64,000 nucleotides of DNA, taken from assembly GCA_010909165.1 (NCBI GenBank), contig MU008158.1, forward strand, positions 3,311,478 to 3,375,477, given 5' to 3'. Shown piece by piece: positions 38,461 to 48,699 of this stretch. The stretch is from Anthoceros angustus (taxonomy: Eukaryota > Plantae > Anthocerotophyta). A model generated the notes under the pieces. That model was not told the origin of the DNA, made no database searches, and saw only the letters and a list, made by a program, of their open reading frames with translations. Both the position numbers and the translations under genes were made by a program. The number at the start of each line of letters is the position of its first letter. Position 1 is the stretch's first letter.

Positions 38461-40829
38461 TCATGACCTCTTTGCTGCCTTCCCCTCAGTCTGTTCTGCC
38501 TCGAATATTCTTTTCCTCTCTGCCTCTTCCTGAAGGCGACGTCTCGACAAGGCCCGGCGCTCTTCTTTCTGCTTTTTGTAACGACGGAGCGAATCCAAGA
38601 CAAAGTTGTATTCCCTTTCCTTGACAGCCGTAAACCATCGTAACGGACTAGTAGCAGCCCTTTCCTGTGAAAGGGATGATGTGGCCTGACAAGAACAAGA
38701 CAGAATTCAGACTTACACTAGTACACAGATAATCAACTTAAGACCTGCGACTGAAAGCTGGTATTGCCCTCCAACCAAATTCGAGGGTCAAATGAGAAGT
38801 GCTAGCGAGACTTGACATACGGTACATCAGTGCCTTACTTTAAATTGTGCCCTCGCAGTATGGGCTATCAGCCTCTTTACGTTGTCTGTTTCTTCTGCCT
38901 TACTTACAAGCCATGGCCTGACACACACAGCCAGGAAGAACATAAGAGACTTTCAGTCTAGAAATTAGTGGCAGTCCAAACACACCTCATTAAGTTCATG
39001 GCTCACAAGGAGTGATACCTGAATCCACAAGATGCAACCAGGCAAGTATCAGCTGTCAGCAGATTACAAGCAGCTGCAGCAGATAACGAGTCCCTGAAAA
39101 CAACAAATCCAAATGCAGCGTCCTCATCTTCTTCAACAGGAGGCGATAAAATGACGGTGCCCACTTTTTCAAACATGGATTGCAAAAAGATTCTAGCCTC
39201 ATGCGGAGCCAAGCCTATCTCTACATTGTCAATCCTCAGCACAGAATCAATGGGCCATGAACCAGAGCATAAGAGGTCTCTTTCTATTGATGTATCTTCT
39301 ATAGGCAAACTTTGATCAGGTCTCTTTGATCCCTCTGATTTCCTTGATTTATTAAGCCTGGATCGACGTTGATCTCGGAGCTCAGGCACAACTCCTCCAG
39401 ATGCACCATGAACATTACCTTCCTGGACATCTGCTGCTAACCCTGCTGGCGAAGATGCTGGTACTAATGCTAACTGCTGCATATCTCGGACATCAGGATC
39501 GGACAACTTGAGCCTTAGGTGTGTACCAAAGGACAGCGCCTTGCCATCCAGCCTGCTTTCCACGGAGACTCCATGACGGTCTTCACGGCCTGGTACTAAT
39601 GTCCACACCTTTGGAGGTTTGGCAAGCTCAAGCCCCTTTCCAACGTGAGCTGCAGATCTCAGTTTCCTGCGTGCTTGGGTCTGAATGGCATCATTTACAA
39701 TTTGCAGACCTGGAGAGGCACCCTGACCATGGTCATCATCAGCCTGTACATGCTTGGTCTGATTGTTACCCATCCTGTTGCTAGCCATTATTTGGATTGT
39801 GGTACTAACTGCGTTCAAAAGCACTTTCAACTGAGGATTATCTTCTGCATTTGTGGTGGCCGATGGCACCCTGATACTAGAAGCAGGCAACTCCGCCCTC
39901 TTCAACTTGTTGGGCCCCTCAAGCCACGTGATAATAAAAGTACACGTACACTTTTCATCTTCAGTGTTTTTGTTGGTGTGCAAACCTTCTTCTATCTGCA
40001 TCATGGGGCATGATCAGGAAACAGTATGCAAGCACAGCTAACAAGGCTTACAACAGCAAACCAGAAATAGACCAGCTACCTTCACAACCGACGCATCGAA
40101 CCACTTCTGTTGGTGTTCAGAAATCTGGTTGAGACCGCAGACTAGTTGTCCCTTGACATGACCACAGTGTGAAGCATCCAGCTCGGGTGAAATAAGTCGC
40201 ACCCTCCTGAAGACGTCTTGGAGCGTGGTGAACGTGGACAGACGAACCAGTTCAGGGCCCTGACCCCCCTGAAAGTCCATGATCAGCATAGTGTTCTTGC
40301 CCGTCAACTTGATGCTGCACGGATACCATGCTTGATCGTCACTGAACTTGCCTTCAAGCAGGTCGACGCCCTTAGCTGTGACGTCCTCAGCTGTGAAATT
40401 CTTGACGGACTCAGCACCTTCCATGGGCCTGACAAGCGTGGATGACGGCAGCAGGGCTGTAACAGGCTACAGCACGCCAAGCCCAATTTCCACAGAAGCA
40501 GCTGAGCATAAATGGGCCAACGTTTGATCTCAGCAGCAAGAACCTAAGCACGCGAATGCGAGCAGCGGAGTGGGCAAACAGTAGAGCTAGGAACTTCGGG
40601 CAGAAGGGCAACAGGGAGCAGTGCAGATTCGAACTTGTTACCTGGGATGCGAGGCTTAAGTAAATCAGTCGCGCGTGCTGCTCACCCTCACGATTGTCGA
40701 TAACTTGTCCGCAGTGTGCACAGAATCATCAGGGTCTGGACAGTTTTGACATCCGCGAAGAACTCCTGAATGTTCCACTCCGCGGGCTTCCGTGCCTGCC
40801 AGTACGCTTCGGCAGCCCGGCTGACCCAT
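38461..40829 (-). CDS. SAWADEE-domain protein with a C-terminal ASI1-like RRM and coiled tail
   Basis: SAWADEE-like: LEGKFSDDQAWY...RVRLISPELDASHC...KWFDASVVK/IEEGLH...CTCTFIITWLEGP. RRM-like: SVLRIDNVE...FGFVVFRDSLSAAAACNLLTADTCLVASCG/RPWLVS. Terminal exon ERAATSPLRWF...KAAKRS with stop at 38461. The start codon and the exons between 40424 and 40829 are uncertain. Confidence 0.7.
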
Positions 40830-41206
40830 CGTTTCCTATGTTTGGTTTGGTCCTTCCATCTACCGTGTTTATTTATCGATGTAGGATGTACATGAAACGA
40901 AGGGAGAGGATAGTTGAAGGCTACTCCATTCACCTAATATAACTGGCCGTTCAAGTTACCTATACTTGAACGGTTAATATTTCCTATATCTCTATTTTTT
41001 AATTCTATGGTTTAGGGTTTATAGACCCTAATACGTATACACTTAATATTATGAAATAAAAAACTTTTACTAATATTTTTTATATCTCTATTTTTTAATT
41101 CTATAGTTTAGGGTTTATATGATGAAGTACTAGTTGAAATTGAACCACTTCATCTCGTAGACGAGGTGGAAGAATTTGAAGAGGTTGAGGTAAATGTAGG
41201 GAAATG

Positions 41207-41762
41207 CTGTGAGCTTGTGAGACCGAGAGCTTGTGAGCCTGTGAGCTTGTGAGACCGAGAGGTTGTGAGCCTGTGAGCTTGTAAGAGCCTATGAGCCTAT
41301 GAGAGTGAGAGTCTGTGAGAGCCTAAGCATGTGAGCTTGTGAGACCGAGAGCTTGTGAGCCTGTGAGCTTGTGAGACCGAGAGCTTGTGAGCCTGTGAGC
41401 TTGTGAGACCGAGAGCTTGTGAGCCTGTGAGCTTGTGAGACCGAGAGCTTGTGAGCCTGTGAGAGGACAACTTGTGAGCTTGTGAGACCAGAGCTTGTGA
41501 GCTGTGAGAGGACAACAGAGCTTGTGAGAGACCGAGAGCTTGTGAGCCTGTGAGAGGACAACTTGTGAGCTTGTGAGACCAGAGCTTGTGAGCTGTGAGA
41601 GGACAACTTGTGAGCTTGTGAGACCGAGCTTGTGAGCCTGTGAGAGGACAACTTGTGAGCTTGTGAGACCGAGAGCTTGTGAGCCTGTGAGAGGACAACT
41701 TGTGAGCTTGTGAGACCGAGAGCTTGTGAGCCTGTGAGAGGACAACTTGTGAGCTTGTGAGA
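41207..41762. repeat. Minisatellite built from TGTGAG(C/A) modules (30-bp and ~38-bp units)
   Basis: GAGCTTGTGAGCCTGTGAGCTTGTGAGACC repeats grade into a variant containing GAGGACAAC. Confidence 0.93.
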
Positions 41763-42041
41763 GTGTGGACAAGGGAAGGATGTTTGACTCCCCCTTAGAA
41801 ACGAGTAGTTTTTTTTTTGTTTTCTTTGAGTTTTTGTATGAAGAATAAGGCGATATGCGAGGAAATAAGGCTGTCCGACCAACCACAATAACTGAGACGG
41901 GGGCAAGACCTATAGGTCCAATCCGGCCGGAGCGGGGCCTTCCACCTCCTTGGCCTGTTTCGCGGCCAACTCTTTCTCCACCCTCCGACGCTTGGGATCC
42001 GGTGGGGGTGAAGGGGTCCGGGAGCTAGCTCCCTTCCCCCT

Positions 42042-42254
42042 TGTTAGAATGATGAGGGTTAGTGAATCCTTATCCGTATCTATATAATCTACCCCTACGT
42101 AAGTCGTGATATCTTAAGGGTAAATATGAACCGTCACTATACATTTTATTTAAACATTTTGGATCTTTTATCTAAATCAGTTCTTACTAGCACATTTTAT
42201 GAGCCTCGATGGGCTTTTAGGCTCTCTCAACAAACTTATTATGGTATCAGAGCC
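42042..42254 (+). mobile_element. Short LTR-like segment (TGTTAG...TCAACA) followed by a tRNA-iMet PBS; degenerate retroelement leader
   Basis: TG/CA termini at 42042 and 42232, TATA-like TATATAA near 42082, and TGGTATCAGAGCC at 42242-42254. No second LTR or pol was recognised. Confidence 0.5.
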
Positions 42255-42875
42255 ATGCGCATTATATCGAATCCTTTGAACAAAAATGCCTAGATCGGGT
42301 AGTTCGGGCAGACGAGATTATCGAAGGGACAATTATAACAAGAGTAGAAATTCTACTCCAAGCTATTTGCCAGTCGATACTGCCGTTGACTTGTTTGAAC
42401 AAGACTACCCGATCATCTGGCTAAAAAGGCTTGCTGATAAGTTTTCTGGATGAGGTCGAGATTCTAAATTTCGGAATCTTGGCCAACATCAGAGAACTGA
42501 GTCTCTTTACAGAGAGCGAGCCAAAAGGAGAGGACAACATCCAGATTTAATTCATTGCAGACCAGTGGCAACAGCCTGTCCTCTTCGACGTCCAGATCTG
42601 TACACTATACACAAAAATCTCATTCAGAATCATCCAGCAGTGCACAAACTACAACAGAAGAAACACTTACTGGATTGAAGAGGATTGAGAGCACTTTATC
42701 ATTCATCTTGTCAAAACAAGAGATCATAAAGGACATTCTCCAAGACGTTGATCTACCCGCTATGAGGCGCGCAATTTTCTCTGATTCATTGATCACTGAA
42801 ATGGATGTTAGGAGAATGATGCAAAATCTTGCGATTTTGGATAGAAGTGTACAAGAAACTGGATGTAATCCAGTA

Positions 42876-45344
42876 AACACGATAATTTTTGAAGGGGGGG
42901 ATATACTGACCCCCTTCGGCCGAGACAGCACCCCCTTGTCACGAAGAACACCTTACCTAGAACAGCATATGTGCCCTACTTTGATAATGCACACACCCTT
43001 TACGAGGTCATATCTTTGATAAAAGATGCACTTTCAAGTCTACACCCGAGAACTGGAGCATGAGGGTGTGGGCCCGTTGCGTTTAGTAGAATGCATAGAG
43101 GGCTGCCATTTTCATATGTTTATTACAACCGAAAACTTTTACTTTCAAGTGGTGGAACACAATGAAAACAATCACATGTACTAGCGGAGTCTCATTTAAG
43201 TGGTCGTGAGAACATTGCAACAAACAAGCTGGAAGGAGGAAGTGGTCATCGGCATCGACAATAGCCATTCAAGAGTGCGGCTGGCGACTCATCCATGCCT
43301 TGGCGGCGGGTCAAGTACCACCGCCATATTCGAGGCGGTCCATATCCTCCGCCTCGAAGTTGTCGTTCTCCTCCATTGCTTGCTCGTCTTCAATAGTATC
43401 ATTCTTGGGCCCGTCCGGCGGTGTCGGCCACCTGACATCTAGTGACCCTCATCCAAAAGGTCGCGGTCGTGGTCTTCAACCTTCCGCACTCAATGCAACC
43501 ACTTGGGCTTTAAGGCAATGCCAACGTCCTTAAAATGAACAAAGTTAGTTGCCCATGCGCCCATGCAAGCATCCTTAAAATCAACAAAATTGAGTTGAGG
43601 AGGCACGAGGTTTGAACACGAAACCTATTCATTACTACACTTATTTCCCAAACACTAGACCAACAATCCATGGTTGAGTTCTTGAGGCGCTAAATATTTA
43701 TTTTCTAAGACAGCCTAGGGATGGAGGTAGGCGGTGTGCTAGGGGAGGCGCCGGCCGCCCATGGGCAAGGCATGGCGTGTTGGTGGGGGGCGCCGGCCGG
43801 CCGCCCATGGGCAAGGCATGGCGTGTTGGGGCGCGGCGGCCGGCGCCCATGGGTGGTGTTAGGGGAGGCGCCGGCCCATGGGCGGTGGTGTTAGGGGAGG
43901 CGCCGGCCGGCGCCCATGGGCGGTGTGCTAGGGGAGGCGGCCGGCGCCCATGGGTGGTGTTAGGGGAGGCGCCGGCCGCCCATGGGTAGGTGTGTTAGGG
44001 GCGCCGGCCGGCGCCATGGGCGGTGGTGTTAGGGGAGGCGCCGGCGCCCATGGGTAGGTGTGCTAGGGGAGGCGCCGACGCGCCTCCCTTAGCACCATCC
44101 TACGGTGCATACGGTGAAGCTAGGGGGACAAGAAGGGCAGCGGTATCCTATCACCGATGGAAGGTGTGGCCCATTTGCGGGAAGGGTTAAAAGATTTGCG
44201 TCCATAGGTGTTGTTGAAGAGTATAAGTGGTGGGAAGCCTTTGTTGGACGGAAGGAGATTGCTATCGTTGTGGAGAATAACATTGGGCTAGTGCTACAGC
44301 GTCCTTGGAAGTGGTTTTCACGTGCAGAAGTGGATCATACAGCCTGACCACTTCAAGTGCCGGATGAAGCTTTGCTAGATGAGGCATTATTGAGGGACCT
44401 CCCACAGCGTGATATGTATTTGGGGCATATCAAAATGCGGGAAGGCAACTGCGGGAAATGGCACGGATGAATGGGGACATAACGGAAATCCGAGAGGGGA
44501 TGTTTCTGGCAGTGCCGTGCAATACGGACATGCATAACAGGCCATTCTGGATTGGGGAGGTCATTGACGTGAAGCTAAACGCACCACGACCTCACTTTCT
44601 TATCCACTAGTATCGGACCGAGCACATAGATGCGTATGAAGGGAGATATGTGCAGGAACACATAGTCCGCCAGAGTGGTAACCCATCGGTCCAATCTTGG
44701 GGAAAAAGGGAATAAGATCCATTACCTAAAAACATACAGGAGGTATTTGTAGATGAAGCAGTCATCACTGTATTATGGGTTTGTGTTGAACGACGGAAAC
44801 ATCATGTCTGCGGTGGACAAAAAGCGATAAGGGATAAGCTCTGCGAGTTGCGTGGCTTCATACAACTGCGAGTGAAAGTGTCGAAGATAGTGATGACAAT
44901 GGAGGAGAAAATTTGGACCAAGTGATGACGATGGATTGAACTACGGGGATGAGTGGCGAAATCTCGTTTTCCGGGGTCCCGAGTTAATGTTGTAAGTCCG
45001 GTTCTTGATGTTTACATGTTAGGAAATACCGTCTGCGTGGCTTTTGTGGTGTCATAACAAAACCACATTTCCATCAAAGCGAGTTCTGATCGTCCTGCCC
45101 GTGAGCGGCCTTCCTCACCGTTCCTACTTTGCATCATTCCCTAGGTTCGAGTTTGCGACCACCATTCGACACAAACATTCTTTTGGATGGAAAGTAGTAA
45201 CTTTCTTGGTGACACCCTTTTTTCGAGTGCTTTTTCCGAATGCCTTCAAAACGCTGTTTTAGGGCCCATCAAAAACCCCCTTCAGAGATTATTTGCGGAA
45301 AACCCCCTTCGAGATTATTCACCCCCTTCAAAAATTATCGTGTT
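42876..45344 (+). mobile_element. Non-autonomous Sola-like DNA transposon (deletion derivative of the family at 47772-60042, opposite orientation)
   Basis: Perfect 23-bp TIR AACACGATAATTTTTGAAGGGGG (42876-42898; 45322-45344) and 4-bp TSD AGTA (42872-42875; 45345-45348). Internal sequence is homologous to the transposase 3' end (44150-44900, +) and the methyltransferase tail (~43250-43530, -). Confidence 0.9.
43727..44090. repeat. GC-rich minisatellite (GGGGAGGCGCCGGCCGCCCATGGGCGGTGTGCTA-like units)
   Basis: About ten degenerate 30-35 bp units; the last copy is inverted (CGCCTCCCTTAGCACCATCCTAC). Confidence 0.85.
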
Positions 45345-48300
45345 AGTACAATGAAGATCCTGATGCTTCTGTTGATGGGAGAGCATCCTACGCTTTTGCG
45401 TTGGAGCAAGTTTGGGGCGTGCGATCTCTCGAACCTGATATGAAACGGTGTTGAGATGAATTGTGACTCTTGACATTCTTCTTTTGGTCGAAGACTATAC
45501 GTCCAACTGTTTCGTGTCCCTTCATGAACAGGTGAACGAAACGTTTAGGTCTTATTTCAGATCTGGAAGATACCGTTTCAAATAAACTCAAGATAACGTT
45601 TCACTTACCTTGGAGTTGGAGCCCTTTCGACTAACTGCTTATATCTAGAAAGTTTGATGAAGAGGTCAGCACGGTCAGGCTAGGCAAAAATTTCTATCCT
45701 TCCTTCCCAGGCTGATCCCCCTCATCAAACCTTCCTGCATAATGAGCTGTTAGTTCTCCCTGTAGGACCATAACGATACCCTACGTGTATGTTTATAGTC
45801 ATAACTTTAACTGTCTCATAAGGGTTCGTATGTCCATAGAGCACTTTGATGCTTTGTCTCTACAATTTCAACAGCTTAGCATCAACAGTCAACCGACATA
45901 TTGCATAATGTCTGGAACTAATTTTGGACCAGTATTTACCTCTTCCTTTCTTAGGTTTAGCCTGCTAGCTTTGTGGCGGCTGCTGTTTTTGGGAGCTATT
46001 GCCCCCTTTTTCATTGTATCATTTTCCCTCTTTGGTGCAGACTGTTGTCTTACATTTTTTTGCCTTGTTTGTGTGTTGTCTTCAGGATGGGGGATGGTGT
46101 TCTTACTTCTTCTAGGGTTTTGAGTGGGGCTCATAGGCGTCTTGTTGTTCGATAGCCCTAGGCTATTCGTCGTTGTGTCTTTTCCCTTGTTCTTACTCCC
46201 TTTGCTTCTAAGTTTGTTTCGCATTCTTGTTTCCATAAGTTGTCCTCCTTTGAATGTCGTAGGCTGTTGGGTCTTGATCATGCTTCCACTCTTGTAGTGG
46301 ATGCTTCTTCTTCTCAGGAGTTGAGTTTCGTTTAGGGCTACTAGTGACAAAAGGGATGCTACTACTGTTCTTGTTGAAGCTTTCTATGCTTTTAGCTGGG
46401 ATTTTCCCCGGGATGGTTTGGCTATTCAGGTTATTGAGGCGGCTCGTTTGATGGATAGTTTTGATTTTGATAAGTAACGTTTCCTATCAATTTTTTCTTT
46501 CAAGCTTTCCGGTTTTGAGAAGATCGGCTCTTACTCGGTGACTCTTCAAATTTCTTCTCCTTCTCCTGGGGAGGTGTTCAAGAACTCTACTTCTTCCTTT
46601 CATCTCAATGGTGACTTTGCTGTTGGGACTCTTCTTTATCTTGGGTGGGATCTTGTCATTTCATTTTTTGTGGATGTACTTCCTGAGTTGTCCAAGCAGT
46701 TGCCTTTGGATTTGGAGGTTGTGTTCCCTAGTGTGGCTGCTTTTGTGTATTACATTCATTAGTGGCAAGAGGCAAAGGATTCCTTCGCTTTGCTTGCTGA
46801 AGCTTGGGTTCTGGCTTTTGGTGAGCTGGCTACTATGGTTGGTGCTGTTCTTTTCAAACTTGAGTGGACTCACTTGCGTCAGGCCTGTATGGACAAATTT
46901 TGTTTGGAGCATCTCATGAGGCTGTTGCTTGTTTCTCGGAGCTGTACGGCTGGTTTTCAAAGAGTTGTTGTAGCCTAGAGCCCCTAGTGGGCTTACCTGC
47001 TATGGACGTTTAAATTTTTTTTCCACTGATTATGATGATTAGTGGGATTGGTGTGAGTGTTTTTCTGAGTTCAAGCCCTTTGTTCATTTTGCAAAGGTGT
47101 TGCAGCATATTTTGAGCATTGTGAAGATGGCTCCTTAGATGGGGGATGTGAACCTTGTTTGGATTGATGGTTTGCAGTCTCTTCTTCTTCATTTGGTGCC
47201 AATTTTCACATATTGGGGTGTGGAAGGATGTTTCGGAGGACGATCTGATAACTTTTGTTTTCTTCACCGTCAAGCGTTTTTGGTTGGCGTTGGATGAGAA
47301 TTTCGAATCGGCTATACTTGAGCCGCTCAAATTGTCGAAGTTCCTCAACTCCCGTGTTCTGTGATTGCCCTTTTGCCTCTTGAGTTTTGAGGAAATCTTA
47401 AGGCCTTGTGGCGCCTGCTTTTGAGGCCTTTGTTGTCTCCCGCTTTTGTCCGATTTTTATTCACTAATATATCTCCCTCTTTTTCACTAAAAATGAATTT
47501 GGGAGTTTTGTTTTTGACTATCCCATTGCCATACATTGGATAGGTAATCGAGCAAACATTCATGAGCACACCATCAATGGGTCAAGCAACATTTATACCG
47601 AAGAAGACACTTGATTCTATGTTCTTTTCTAAGAAAATTATACATATGTAATTTGGAAGTATAATTCAAAAGGCTGTATCCTCTGATGAACATTGAGAAA
47701 GGTGTGCATAATAACCTCAAAATAGAAACCATCGAGTCGCATTCACACAAGAAGCTCTCGGAAGAAACCATAACATGATATCTTTCGAAGGGGGTGAATA
47801 TTCACGAAGAGGGTTTTGTGACATATATCCTCTGAAGGGGGTTTCACATGGGCATTGAACTCCCACTTTTTGGGGTATGGGTCAATTATGCGTAAAAGAA
47901 GGGTGACAATTCGCATGAACCAGTTGATAGAAGATCCATTCAACGCCGAAGGGTTATGGTGTTAGAGTTAACCTCAATTGGTCCGCATTTAAGACCCATG
48001 ACAAAGGCCATTGCAGTAATTCCGGTCTCTTTTCCGTGGAGGAAAATGAAATCTACAAAAGAAGGGTGATGAAACTTTGAGGACGAGGCTACGGCGGTAT
48101 GAAAGCGAGTTTGAGAGGAAGGGGCCGGCGGCGTCCCTACCATGCCGATGATCCCTTGCGAATGGCGTGGAGTTGCGAGCCTTAACTCGGTTTGGTTTGA
48201 AAAGACTTGAGATTGGGGTGGGGATGGCTTCCGATCTCAATTGTGGTCGCAAATATATTGACTGCTCAGTCCGCTGATCGATGAACTTAAAAAGTCGGCG

Positions 48301-48699
48301 AAACTAGTTCCGCCGTCATGGCCTGAGAGGAACATGCCCGGCTCAACGTATGATGCCTTACATTATGCCGCAATGCCGATGTCGGCCCTGGCCAAATTCC
48401 CCACGTGTCCTTCTCTATGGTAAGCACAAACTCTTGAAAATGGAAGATAATATCTATGACAGTCTACAACTTCTACAGGATAGCCACAACCAAAAGCCAT
48501 GGGCGTACATACTATTGAAAATGTGCACGCACATACATTGTGCGCAAACTACGAGAATAGAGCATGACGCGCAACCTCATCAATTGCCGTGAAAATGACG
48601 GATCATTGAGTGTTTCCTACTCTTGCGACTCCACGCCTTCATCTTATGGGCCCGGCATCGACCATCCTCTTGTTGTCCTCGGTTGCACTTTGACTCAGT

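Noticed and set aside
41007-41116. TTTAGGGTTT telomere-like motifs (also in the gypsy LTR)
   Set aside because: Only one or two units each. At most these are telo-boxes, not a telomeric array.
41289-41906. Long ORFs with SQAHKL/SHRLTS repeats
   Set aside because: They are translations of the TGTGAG minisatellite, open in several frames.
43595-43630. B-box-like GGTTTGAACAC motif suggesting a tRNA or SINE
   Set aside because: No cloverleaf or matching A-box could be built.
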